DNA from: an uncultured virus (IMG/VR IMGVR_UViG_3300046170_000409)
Taxonomy: Duplodnaviria; Heunggongvirae; Uroviricota; Caudoviricetes
IMG/VR virus record: IMGVR_UViG_3300046170_000409
DNA: 64,000 bases
Direction: 5' to 3' (one strand)
Shown: positions 18,942 to 27,978 of the stretch, in pieces
How the letters are laid out: each line of letters begins with the position of its first letter
Numbering within the stretch: the first letter of the stretch is position 1
Notes under the pieces: model-generated
What the model was told of the DNA's origin: nothing
The model's input: only the letters and a program-made list of their open reading frames with translations
Databases searched by the model: none
Position numbers and translations under genes: made by a program

Positions 18942-19511
18942 TCAGATAGAGATAATATAGTCTTTATATTTTTGACAACTTCTTTGTAGAAGTTTTTGAT
19001 GTTTTTCAGAATCTATTTCAAAGTGAAAGAATAAGGTTTGTCTTTTATCCTCATCATTGACACCATGCATTCCTGTGGTGTGATTAATTACATAGGTGTC
19101 AGTCTCGAAAGGAACTTCAGCATATTTCTTTTCCATATCTTTTCCAACAACATATAATGCATTTTCTCTTTTACCTTTGATGACACAACGATATCCACAT
19201 GGTTCATTAAAGAAATTATTGTTGTATAATTTTAAGTTGTCATTTGGTGAAGTAAAATCTATATGAGGTTCAACTTCAGATACTTGATAATTATATTTTA
19301 TGTTGACAATTTTAGACCATGGAAGATAATTTATCCACTCAACAAACTCTGGATTTTTTTCTGCAAAATTTTCTAGTATTTCATTATATCCATATTGTTT
19401 CTTTTTTGTTGTGATGGCATAAAAGTTCCAGTGATAGAAATTTTTTGCTTGTAATCCATCTAAATGTATTTCAGGAACTTTGGGTATATCAATTGGACAA
19501 TAAAGTATCAT
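18942..19511 (-). CDS. Putative 2OG-Fe(II)/cupin-fold oxygenase
   Basis: PHID...HGV...R pattern. Confidence 0.5.
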   Translation of the reverse strand: MILYCPIDIPKVPEIHLDGLQAKNFYHWNFYAITTKKKQYGYNEILENFAEKNPEFVEWINYLPWSKIVNIKYNYQVSEVEPHIDFTSPNDNLKLYNNNFFNEPCGYRCVIKGKRENALYVVGKDMEKKYAEVPFETDTYVINHTTGMHGVNDEDKRQTLFFHFEIDSEKHQKLLQRSCQKYKDYIISI

Positions 19512-20101
19512 TGTTTTTGAAAAATTGCTTGTTTTTCTTCAACATAAAATCCTAATTCATTTGTTGTTGAGAATTCGTGTACTGCTTTTGGTACGTCTGG
19601 TTTCCACCCATCAGTCTGATAATCATCTGCAATCATTACTCCATTTTTATTAAGAATCTTCCAACTGTTTTTTAAATCAGATAAAACATCTTTATATGAA
19701 TGACTTGCATCAACATAGATTAAATCTGCACCACCTTTGTATTCTGTAAAGAATTCATCTGTCGTCATTCTATGGATATGTACATGTTTATGTTTTTTAA
19801 ATTTTTTGCAAACATGTTCATACACTTTTTCATATTCTTCTTGTAGAAGATTTTCGAGTGGAGGAATGTTATATTTTTTAGAATATCTTTTTAAGTAACC
19901 TAACATTCCATTCCACTCTGTTGTATCTTCATATGCTCTAGTGTGCCAAGAGTCCACTGCATGCACTTCTTTAAATTTCTCTGCAAGGACTCTTGTCAAT
20001 CCACCTTTCCATACACCAAGTTCAATGGCAATTCCTGGATAAGTTTCATTAAACATTTTTTTTATCAAAACTTTTCCTGAACCATTGTTGCCATTCATCA
20101 T
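19508..20101 (-). CDS. Class I SAM-dependent methyltransferase
   Basis: IELGVWKG, DLIYVDASHSY, GVMIADDY. Confidence 0.85.
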   Translation of the reverse strand: MMNGNNGSGKVLIKKMFNETYPGIAIELGVWKGGLTRVLAEKFKEVHAVDSWHTRAYEDTTEWNGMLGYLKRYSKKYNIPPLENLLQEEYEKVYEHVCKKFKKHKHVHIHRMTTDEFFTEYKGGADLIYVDASHSYKDVLSDLKNSWKILNKNGVMIADDYQTDGWKPDVPKAVHEFSTTNELGFYVEEKQAIFQKQ

Positions 20102-20107
20102 GATGTT

Positions 20108-20695
20108 TTATGAATTTGAAACTTGAGGTGATTTTAAATGATACAAAATATTTTCTGGACTTGAAATTATATAAGGATCTGTATCACAATTATCTTCTTT
20201 GCCCTGTTCAACATACATTGAATCAATGATACCATTCTTGACAATCATTGCATATCTCCAAGAACGTTGACCAAACCCAAGATTATCTTTATCTACAAGC
20301 ATACCCATTTGTTTTGTAAACTCACCAGAACCATCTGGAATCACTTTCACATTTTTTATTTTTTGAGATTCTGCCCAAGCATTCATAACAAATGCATCAT
20401 TTACTGATAGACAATATATTTCATCGATACCTTGTTCTTTGAATTCATTATATAAATTCTCAAATCCTGGAAGTTGTTGTGTTGAACATGTTGGTGTAAA
20501 TGCTCCTGGAAGTGAAAAGATAATTACATTTTTATCTGAACAAATATCATCACTTGTTACATCTTTCCAATCATACTCACCTAAAGTACAAACTTCATCA
20601 CCATAATCATCAGTTATAAAATTTTCATTACGAACTCTTGTATGAAACATTACTGATGGAATTTTATCTCCAATTTTTTTCATAATATTCTCCAC
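20108..20695 (-). CDS. Peroxiredoxin (Prx5-type)
   Basis: LPGAFTPTCS, SVNDAFVMNAW, RSWRY. Confidence 0.93.
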   Translation of the reverse strand: MENIMKKIGDKIPSVMFHTRVRNENFITDDYGDEVCTLGEYDWKDVTSDDICSDKNVIIFSLPGAFTPTCSTQQLPGFENLYNEFKEQGIDEIYCLSVNDAFVMNAWAESQKIKNVKVIPDGSGEFTKQMGMLVDKDNLGFGQRSWRYAMIVKNGIIDSMYVEQGKEDNCDTDPYIISSPENILYHLKSPQVSNS

Positions 20696-20700
20696 TATAA

Positions 20701-21291
20701 TTAAAATTTAACTTTTAAATTTGTGCCAAGAAAAACATCACTGCGTTTCCAGTCACCATGCTCACCAGATGTTTTATATTCCCAAAATGGACCAAAAACA
20801 ATCTTTTCATTTATCAACATATTATAACCAACTACAACTTTTGCTTTATCAATTGTTAAGTCATTTGATTCTCCATGTTTATGAAGATTCCATTCAGGTT
20901 GTACCTTTCCCCATAGACCAATACTGTCTCCTATGATTACTTCAGGTTTGAACACAAAATGACTATCATCATTTTTAAATGTTTTATAATCAACTTTCCA
21001 ATTTAACTTACTTCCTAAAACTAAAGGTGTTTTCTTTGAATAAGTAAATCTTCTTTCTCTTTCATCATCCTCGACAAATCTTGCTTCAACTTTTCCATAA
21101 GGTGATTTGTATCCAATTGAAAGATGGTCTTTTTCACTATTCCAATCTTGCCTGACACCCAACTCCCATTTATCAACAACAAATTTTATATTGTGTTGTG
21201 TATGGTCATATGAATCTGCATCAGCGAGAGCAAAAGTCGCACCAAATAAAAGTATTTGTGCAACAAATATAACTTTTAATAATCTTAACAT
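20701..21291 (-). CDS. Putative outer-membrane beta-barrel (porin-like) protein
   Basis: AGGAGG RBS before MLRLLKVIFVAQILLFGATFALA (signal peptide); alternating beta-strand pattern; C-terminal LGTNLKVKF. Confidence 0.6.
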   Translation of the reverse strand: MLRLLKVIFVAQILLFGATFALADADSYDHTQHNIKFVVDKWELGVRQDWNSEKDHLSIGYKSPYGKVEARFVEDDERERRFTYSKKTPLVLGSKLNWKVDYKTFKNDDSHFVFKPEVIIGDSIGLWGKVQPEWNLHKHGESNDLTIDKAKVVVGYNMLINEKIVFGPFWEYKTSGEHGDWKRSDVFLGTNLKVKF

Positions 21292-21302
21292 GTTCCTCCT
21301 TG

Positions 21303-22340
21303 TTATGTTAATAATATTGATATAAACCCAGTGAGAACCATGAGTCCACCCCATAATCCTAAAACACTGGCATACTGTTTAAATGGTGTTCCAAAGTAAG
21401 TCATACCAATTACTGCACACTTATGCATTGGTGACATAAGATAACCAGCAAACTCAACTGCGAAAAACCACACAAAATACTCCACACCATATATTGATGA
21501 GAGTAGAACTGACAGTGCGACGAATCGACTGCTTGAACCCAATAGAAGTGAACCAAAAAATCCAACTAACGAAACTGCAATGAATCCAAATAAGGTTTCA
21601 AAATCAAATACAGTTCCTTCAAGAACAGTTTTAATTTCTTCAGTATGAGTTCTTGTAACATTAGCAAGTGCAATAATAATCGCAACACTAATAATTACAT
21701 TCCAATTTATATATGACAAAAGTTTTTTATAATCCCATGTCATTGTAAGTATCATATAATATAATGTCAATGCACCAAATGCCCAATGTGGAGCAACACC
21801 ATAAATCACCAATCCAATGCTAAACAATAAAGGTAATACATTCCTTGTTATCAAACTGATTTTTAGTTCAGACTTTTTACCTTTACGAATTGTTACATCA
21901 GATTCTTTTACATAATAAAAAATATATCCCACTATTAATAGTAAAGTGACAATTAATAATGGAGATAGCAATCCAATCAATGCACCATATGAAAGTCCCA
22001 ATGCTGCCATCGGAACAATAATTGTTTTTTCTAATGGTGACCACAAGTAATAGTGATGTGTTGATAGATAATCAATAATTCCATATTTCTCTCTACCCTT
22101 TCCTTTTTTTGGTGCCATCGTATCAAGCAGTCCTGCTGAAGTTGTAACACGTCCAGGAATTGGAAGAATGCCTGTAAAGGCACTCATTAGTGCAATAAGT
22201 ATTCTTTTTGATACAAAGACTTTTTGTAAATATGCATACACTGGTGAGAACATATTATGTTCTTTAATCATACCAACACTAAGCATTATAAAAATAATAT
22301 ACAGTAAGTATATTTGATTATTGAAAATATATTCAATCAT
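21303..22340 (-). CDS. Polytopic inner-membrane permease (ion-transporter superfamily/DUF401-like)
   Basis: Many TM helices; GILPIPG and GYLMSPMHKC motifs. Confidence 0.7.
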   Translation of the reverse strand: MIEYIFNNQIYLLYIIFIMLSVGMIKEHNMFSPVYAYLQKVFVSKRILIALMSAFTGILPIPGRVTTSAGLLDTMAPKKGKGREKYGIIDYLSTHHYYLWSPLEKTIIVPMAALGLSYGALIGLLSPLLIVTLLLIVGYIFYYVKESDVTIRKGKKSELKISLITRNVLPLLFSIGLVIYGVAPHWAFGALTLYYMILTMTWDYKKLLSYINWNVIISVAIIIALANVTRTHTEEIKTVLEGTVFDFETLFGFIAVSLVGFFGSLLLGSSSRFVALSVLLSSIYGVEYFVWFFAVEFAGYLMSPMHKCAVIGMTYFGTPFKQYASVLGLWGGLMVLTGFISILLT

Positions 22341-22342
22341 TA

Positions 22343-22945
22343 TTATTTCCTATTATTATACCATTCAAAATAGGATGCATCATTTGTGTCCATTGATGCT
22401 TTGAAAACAACTGATGTTCTCAACTCGTAACATTCTCTTGTTACAGGCATTGCTCTATGTGGAATTTTTGCATCAAACAATATCATCCTATTAAACTTAT
22501 ACGACACATACTTTATACAATCATTCATTTCTTTATTATAAAAAGATGTACCACCTTCCCAACTCACGTCCCAATCCATGCATGGATAATATAACGCAGT
22601 TACATTTCCATCATCTGTATGAATAGAACCATCGATACCATATGTATGCGAATTGGAATAATACCTATCCATTTTATGTTTGACACCAAATTTGTCAACT
22701 ATAGATGAATCAGTATAATCCCATAATGTTCGTATTATCGGATCTAGATTATTTATGTAGGATTGTGTGTCGCCAAGATTTTGTTTATCGGTAGCAACTG
22801 AACGATGCCAGTTCCATTTTTGTTCTTGTTGAGGATCTAGTCCTCGATTCCAATCATAAGACCATGATTTGTCGGAAAAAAATTTGTCATGAAATTCCTT
22901 CGCAGTATTGTCTGGCAAAAAATTATCAATGACATATATGTTCAT
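22343..22945 (-). CDS. 2OG-Fe(II) oxygenase (prolyl-hydroxylase-like)
   Basis: HTD...WEGGT...FNRMILFD...PH...R. Confidence 0.85.
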   Translation of the reverse strand: MNIYVIDNFLPDNTAKEFHDKFFSDKSWSYDWNRGLDPQQEQKWNWHRSVATDKQNLGDTQSYINNLDPIIRTLWDYTDSSIVDKFGVKHKMDRYYSNSHTYGIDGSIHTDDGNVTALYYPCMDWDVSWEGGTSFYNKEMNDCIKYVSYKFNRMILFDAKIPHRAMPVTRECYELRTSVVFKASMDTNDASYFEWYNNRK

Positions 22946-22968
22946 AATTTCCTATAAAAAATGCGAAA

Positions 22969-22991
22969 GTGGGGACTGTGAATGTCCCCAC
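22969..22991 (-). terminator. Intrinsic terminator-like hairpin
   Basis: GTGGGGAC/GTCCCCAC stem followed by TTTCGCATTTTTT on the minus strand. Confidence 0.65.
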
Positions 22992-23014
22992 GTTTCTTGT
23001 TGAGTTTAAGATTA

Positions 23015-23296
23015 TTAACTTTTGTAAGAAAAGTCAGTACCAGAAACTGCTTTAAGACCTGCTGCAATAATTGCTTTAGATGGTTCGCCAAGTCTGTATG
23101 TTGTTTTACCATCAACTTTATTCACGTAGATGCAATTACCTTCATTACGAAGTGAATCAATCATTGCTCTTGGTGAAGTAAGGTCAAACCTGTTTCTTAG
23201 TGTAGTCCAAGCAACGTTTTTACCTGTTGATAAAAGTTTCATTACTTTTTCTTTTTTTGTCATTTTACTTCTACTCATATTATATTTCTCCTTCAA
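23015..23296 (-). CDS. Small basic, probably winged-HTH DNA-binding protein
   Basis: SPRAMIDSLRNEG..IY...YRLG pattern; probable start MSRSK at 23278; own promoter at 23319-23347. Confidence 0.6.
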   Translation of the reverse strand: MKEKYNMSRSKMTKKEKVMKLLSTGKNVAWTTLRNRFDLTSPRAMIDSLRNEGNCIYVNKVDGKTTYRLGEPSKAIIAAGLKAVSGTDFSYKS

Positions 23297-23318
23297 AGTT
23301 AATATTAATGTACAAGAG

Positions 23319-23347
23319 ATTATATCTCAAGTGAGACCAAAAGTCAA
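23319..23347 (-). promoter_or_regulatory. Sigma70-type early promoter
   Basis: TTGACT-N17-TATAAT with an upstream A-tract. Confidence 0.75.
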
Positions 23348-23466
23348 CACTTTTTTTGTACTTTTTTTACTCAAATATAAAATGATGGGCGAAGACTTGG
23401 TATGCGTTTGTTTCGTCATACTTTAATGGTTTTAGTACCACAACCAACCTTTCAAATTATAGAGTC

Positions 23467-23495
23467 ATTCTACTACAGTTTAAGCAAAAAGTCAA
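23467..23495 (-). promoter_or_regulatory. Sigma70-type early promoter
   Basis: TTGACT-N17-TAGAAT with an upstream A-tract. Confidence 0.7.
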
Positions 23496-23514
23496 CACTT
23501 TTTTTGTCTTTTTT

Positions 23515-23931
23515 TTACTTAATTTCGATTGAACGAGGTTTCTTCTCTTCAGGAACAACCCTTTCGAGTTCTACCTTTAGTAGACCATCCTTCAATACTG
23601 CATCGTTCACTATGACGTCCTCTGCGAGTGTAAATACCCTTTTAAATGCTCTTCGAGCAATACCTTTGTGGACGACTTCATCATCATTAGGTTTATGAGG
23701 TGTCATTAAATCTGCAGATTTGATTGTCAAAGTCTTGTCTTCAACGATTACTTCGACCTCTGCTTTAGAATACCCTGCCAATGCAACTTCAACACAATGT
23801 GTATAATCACCTGTCTTGATGATATTGTATGGTGGATAGTTTGGTTGTTGATGGTTTAATAATGCATCAAAGTGTTTGAATACATCATCATAACCAATAG
23901 TGTATGGATGTAACGAATTAAATATCGTCAT
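23515..23931 (-). CDS. Small heat-shock protein Hsp20 (IbpA-like)
   Basis: YPPYNI, EVALAG, HKGIARRAFKRVFTLA, DGLL. Confidence 0.95.
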   Translation of the reverse strand: MTIFNSLHPYTIGYDDVFKHFDALLNHQQPNYPPYNIIKTGDYTHCVEVALAGYSKAEVEVIVEDKTLTIKSADLMTPHKPNDDEVVHKGIARRAFKRVFTLAEDVIVNDAVLKDGLLKVELERVVPEEKKPRSIEIK

Positions 23932-24023
23932 AGTTTGCCTCCTTTTATTTAAGCGAGTTATATTACGAGACCCAATTTTGGCATCTCTCAGAGAGTATAT
24001 AGGTATTTTGTATAAAAGTCAAG
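23932..24023 (-). promoter_or_regulatory. RpoH-type promoter plus ROSE-like RNA thermometer leader
   Basis: CTTGAC-N14-CCTATAT; leader hairpin GAGATGCC...GGGTCTC; CTCGCT positioned to pair with the AGGAG Shine-Dalgarno. Confidence 0.65.
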
Positions 24024-24030
24024 TGGTTTT

Positions 24031-24234
24031 TTAGAAATAAAGTTTAACTGTAATCAAAAGCACACATGCTAATATAATCAATTCAACGATACTAACTTCT
24101 GGTCTTAGATATTTTGTTCTGATATGTAACCAATGTGTGAGAGAATTATACCAATCTTTTTTATAATGCATTATTAATACAAATGCAATTATGACTACCA
24201 ATAATATTTGTAAGCAAAACATATCTTCTCCCAA
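24031..24234 (-). CDS. Small membrane protein
   Basis: Two hydrophobic segments. Confidence 0.65.
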   Translation of the reverse strand: MGEDMFCLQILLVVIIAFVLIMHYKKDWYNSLTHWLHIRTKYLRPEVSIVELIILACVLLITVKLYF

Positions 24235-24257
24235 ACATTATTTATCCTGTTTACAAT

Positions 24258-24626
24258 TTAGATGCAGTCACTCAAATCTGGTTCAGAGTAATTTTCTCCT
24301 TTTAAAATTTTGCCATCTTCTCTGTATATTGGTTTGCCATCTTTTCCTAATTTTGACATATTTGACCTTTGCACTTCTGCAAAACATTTGTCAAGATTAA
24401 TTCCAAAAGTATGTCCTGCTCCATATGTGACATATAAAATATCTGTCAATGCATCAGCAATCTCAATAATGTCACCATTCTTGATTCCTTCTTTCAACTC
24501 ATTTAATTCTTCTTCAATTAATTCTACACGTAGTGCTTGTTCTTCTTTCTTTGGCAACTCTGGAGATTTTCTAACCTCTTGTCCAAACGTACTCATAAAT
24601 TCTTCTACTTGCTTAAAATTTGTCAT
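24258..24626 (-). CDS. MazG-like/PRA-PH nucleoside triphosphate pyrophosphohydrolase
   Basis: EEELNEL...DALTDILYVTYG...EVQRSNMSKL...REDGKILKG. Confidence 0.9.
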   Translation of the reverse strand: MTNFKQVEEFMSTFGQEVRKSPELPKKEEQALRVELIEEELNELKEGIKNGDIIEIADALTDILYVTYGAGHTFGINLDKCFAEVQRSNMSKLGKDGKPIYREDGKILKGENYSEPDLSDCI

Positions 24627-24628
24627 TG

Positions 24629-25309
24629 TTAAACATCCTCTGGTTTTTCTATAAATTCCGATCTCATTCTAAGTAATGCTGCAACATTAAACTCTTTTGG
24701 TTTGGTTATATTGTGAGGAATGTCAGTTCGAATTGCAGTTACTTTATCTCTTTTACAAGTGTCTATTAATTCCACATCCTCTGGTTTCCAAGATAACTGT
24801 GTAACAACTCTACCATTTAGCATTTTTGAAGTCTTATATTCTTTTTTTGTTGGTCCTTTATCTGTAAGTGGTTTATAAAAATTTACAACAGTATCATCTT
24901 GTGCGATAATAGGAATATTAAGACTCACATAATAATTTCCTACTCTTGGTTTATGTGAATGAATTGAATGGTCGCCATATTCTGGATCTTCTTCTTTGTC
25001 TGTAGGAGAAACGAAAGAAAACTGTGTATTAAAAATCATTTCATGATGTAAACCAAATTGTTTTAAAAAACCTTTAAATAGTGAATTGTTGTATATTTCG
25101 AATTTAAGTTCTGGTAAACTTGTTACAATGTGCATTACATGTTTATCTGTTGGTATACCAAAATATTCTGCTCTTGATTCGTCTTCAAACAATTCTTTAG
25201 GTATTTTTTTAATTATTTGCTCTTGAAATTCTTTAAGTTTATCCCATTCGAATACTTTATAATTGTCAAAATCAAATACTCTATCATTTTTCATTCTATA
25301 ATTATCCAT
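24629..25309 (-). CDS. Putative cupin/2OG-Fe(II) oxygenase-like protein
   Basis: HSH...LNIPI...TDIPHNI. Confidence 0.5.
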   Translation of the reverse strand: MDNYRMKNDRVFDFDNYKVFEWDKLKEFQEQIIKKIPKELFEDESRAEYFGIPTDKHVMHIVTSLPELKFEIYNNSLFKGFLKQFGLHHEMIFNTQFSFVSPTDKEEDPEYGDHSIHSHKPRVGNYYVSLNIPIIAQDDTVVNFYKPLTDKGPTKKEYKTSKMLNGRVVTQLSWKPEDVELIDTCKRDKVTAIRTDIPHNITKPKEFNVAALLRMRSEFIEKPEDV

Positions 25310-25805
25310 TAATTAATTCTCCTGACTTATACATCAAATACATTTCTTCAATTGATTCCCCATATTCTAATTGTATACTTATTCTTTCATTGTCATTATT
25401 CTTTACAGAATGCATAATCTGAGTGCTAAATGCATAACAATCCATATATGGAACTTCTTCTCCACCAGAAATTGCTCCAGCATAATTATCTTTATCTGGT
25501 GACAGAGGAATAATAATTGTAGTATCTCTTTTATATATCTTACCATCTGTATGTGGTGCAACGTAATGATTTGGATGTATGTATAGAAAAAATGAACGAT
25601 TTGGTTTGTGTTTAAATTTAGAATTTACTTTTCCGAGAAGTTTATCATTATCATCAACATGAAAGAGATTTGTAGGTTTTCCACTTTTGCTAGAATAATG
25701 TTCTGGTGTGTTTGACAAATTCTTTTTTGCACTCGCAATACATTGTTCGATAAATTTGCTAGTCATAATAGAAAGGTCAAATTTTTCTATATTAAAGTAT
25801 TTCAT
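25302..25805 (-). CDS. Putative 2OG-Fe(II) oxygenase-like protein
   Basis: PHTD...HSVKN...RISIQ. Confidence 0.65.
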   Translation of the reverse strand: MKYFNIEKFDLSIMTSKFIEQCIASAKKNLSNTPEHYSSKSGKPTNLFHVDDNDKLLGKVNSKFKHKPNRSFFLYIHPNHYVAPHTDGKIYKRDTTIIIPLSPDKDNYAGAISGGEEVPYMDCYAFSTQIMHSVKNNDNERISIQLEYGESIEEMYLMYKSGELING

Positions 25806-26835
25806 CTTGTTCTTTTTTTGCTTTTTCTATTTTCATTTTATTTGTATTATATTCTTCTTTAAATGGTTGCATTGTATAAGGATTATAATCTTCTACAAGT
25901 TTACTATAATCATGTTGTATTCGATATGCGATTCTATTATCTGTGCTACCTAAACGTCTGTGTATTGTAATAGAATTATCAAATAATAATAAATCATTAT
26001 CTTGCTTATACCAATGGTCATATATGTAATTTTCTGTAAATAAAGTTTTATTGATATAATCAAATACTTTTTGTGATTCTTCTTGTGACATGTCTTTTAT
26101 GTCATGAACAGTATTTACTGAATAATGCAATCCTTTATGTCCATGTGGAGATTTAATCACTAAGGGGATGTAACTGTCTTCAGGACACATATTTTTTTGC
26201 ATTACATAGTCTTGTTCTTCACGCAATCCTGGATTAATTTTTCCTGGAGTAAATCTATGTCGGATTATCATTTGGTCCAATTCACTTCTAAAGGATTCAG
26301 TTTGATTTTCATACCATTCTGCAGTTGTGATAAATCCTGTGCAACTTTTTGTCATACCAGTTCCACCCAATAAACTAACTCCTGGAGTATGATTGAGACA
26401 AGCACTTTCATTACTGTGCCATAAAAGTTCTCCTTCAGCAAACATACCAATTGGTCTACCTTTTTTATCCTTCATTCCACTAACACGAGTGGTGTCATGT
26501 GTCTCGCAATAATTTAACATCTGGATTAACCACTTCTTGTCTTCTTTTTTGACAGGAATGCCATTGACTTCTTTTCTTTTAAGAATCTTTCTCCAATCGG
26601 CAGTGTTATAATATTCTTGGAGACGAATTTCATTGAGGTCGATTGGTCTGCCCCATTGAAAAATTCTTTTTTCATATTCTTCAATAGTGAAGTCTATATC
26701 TCGAATGATACAAACAAGATTTTCTAAATAAAGTTGCCCAATTTCATTCCATAAATCGTCAGTTATATCTTTAGATTTTAGACCATCAATATAAATTCCA
26801 TATTTTCCCATTTCAGGAATACTTGTCACTTTCAT
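25792..26835 (-). CDS. TauD/TfdA-family dioxygenase
   Basis: WHSNE...DLLLFDNSITIHRR...RIAYR. Confidence 0.8.
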   Translation of the reverse strand: MKVTSIPEMGKYGIYIDGLKSKDITDDLWNEIGQLYLENLVCIIRDIDFTIEEYEKRIFQWGRPIDLNEIRLQEYYNTADWRKILKRKEVNGIPVKKEDKKWLIQMLNYCETHDTTRVSGMKDKKGRPIGMFAEGELLWHSNESACLNHTPGVSLLGGTGMTKSCTGFITTAEWYENQTESFRSELDQMIIRHRFTPGKINPGLREEQDYVMQKNMCPEDSYIPLVIKSPHGHKGLHYSVNTVHDIKDMSQEESQKVFDYINKTLFTENYIYDHWYKQDNDLLLFDNSITIHRRLGSTDNRIAYRIQHDYSKLVEDYNPYTMQPFKEEYNTNKMKIEKAKKEQDEIL

Positions 26836-26859
26836 AGTATAAATCCTCTGTACAATTAT

Positions 26860-27258
26860 TTAATTTTTCTTACCAATATTGTATTTGGTCACTAACTCCC
26901 ATTCATTCTTTTCTTTATATGGAAGGACTTTAATTTGTGATAGTGGTGCAACAGGTGATTCTGTTTTTGCAGGATCCACTAACTTAACTAATCCCCATTC
27001 TGCAATTAAATTTGCAATTGTATTTCTTCTTGCCTTATCTTCATCTACAAAGTTACTTGGTTTGCCATCTAATGCAAATAATTCTTTAAAATGCACAATA
27101 TAATATTTACCTTGTTTATGTAGAATATGACATGATTGATATATAATTTTATCTTTACGAGATGCCACACCAATCCTTGTTAGTGTCTCTCGTATTTTAA
27201 GAAAGTCATCATCATCACTGATAGTAACTTCCACTAAACTTTCAAGCATTTTTGCCAC
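26860..27258 (-). CDS. regA: Translational repressor RegA
   Basis: DDFLKIRETLTRIGVAS, QSCHILHKQGKYYIVHFKELF. Confidence 0.96.
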   Translation of the reverse strand: MAKMLESLVEVTISDDDDFLKIRETLTRIGVASRKDKIIYQSCHILHKQGKYYIVHFKELFALDGKPSNFVDEDKARRNTIANLIAEWGLVKLVDPAKTESPVAPLSQIKVLPYKEKNEWELVTKYNIGKKN

Positions 27259-27643
27259 CCTTTTCCATTATTCGTTTTATGTTTAGAAGATCCTTTTCGG
27301 ACAAAATGGAGAGTGCTTGTGTTGCTTTGATATCGTTGTATTGAAAGTATTCTTTGACAATTTCCAAATCACTATTTCCATTCTTTTTATTCCACTTAGC
27401 ATATCGCTTTTTGCTTCTAACTGTATTTATTAAAAACTCATACTGCATGAGATTATCGAGTTCATGTCTGATGTTCATCTCATTTGCGAGTCCAATAGTG
27501 TCATTGTAATTTGACAGTGAACGATTCGTCAAGAATGGACTATATCCTTTCTCCATGAGAGAATCATTTTCAGTTCCTCTCATTAAATTCTTTTTTGTTA
27601 GTGTTATAGAGTTGACATAATCAAATGGTTTTGTCTTGTTCAT
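27242..27643 (-). CDS. 62: Clamp loader small subunit (gp62)
   Basis: PFDYVNSI...YSPFLTNRSLS; position between 44 and regA. Confidence 0.9.
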   Translation of the reverse strand: MNKTKPFDYVNSITLTKKNLMRGTENDSLMEKGYSPFLTNRSLSNYNDTIGLANEMNIRHELDNLMQYEFLINTVRSKKRYAKWNKKNGNSDLEIVKEYFQYNDIKATQALSILSEKDLLNIKRIMEKGGKNA

Positions 27644-27978
27644 TTGTGATTTCTTCTCCCATCAAACACACAAATAAATTTACAACCAACATATCCTGCA
27701 TGAACACGATGAAATACTCCATCTTCAATCAGAACAACATCACCTTCTTGAACATCAATAGTTTTGTCATCAAGTTCCATTGTGCCATGTCCTTCAGTGA
27801 AGATATAAACTTCTTCTTGTCCTTCATGTTTATGTCCAGATGTACTCTTATTCACAAAAAGATTCGTTGTACTGACAATTAGATTGTTTAACAGTACATT
27901 GTCTTTAACAACATATCTTTCATCTTGTTTAACTATTTCTCCACCAACTTCCCAATTCTTATATTTGTTCATTTCCAC
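27640..27978 (-). CDS. Cupin-domain protein
   Basis: HKHEGQEEVY...GDVVLIEDGVFHRV. Confidence 0.85.
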   Translation of the reverse strand: MEMNKYKNWEVGGEIVKQDERYVVKDNVLLNNLIVSTTNLFVNKSTSGHKHEGQEEVYIFTEGHGTMELDDKTIDVQEGDVVLIEDGVFHRVHAGYVGCKFICVFDGRRNHK

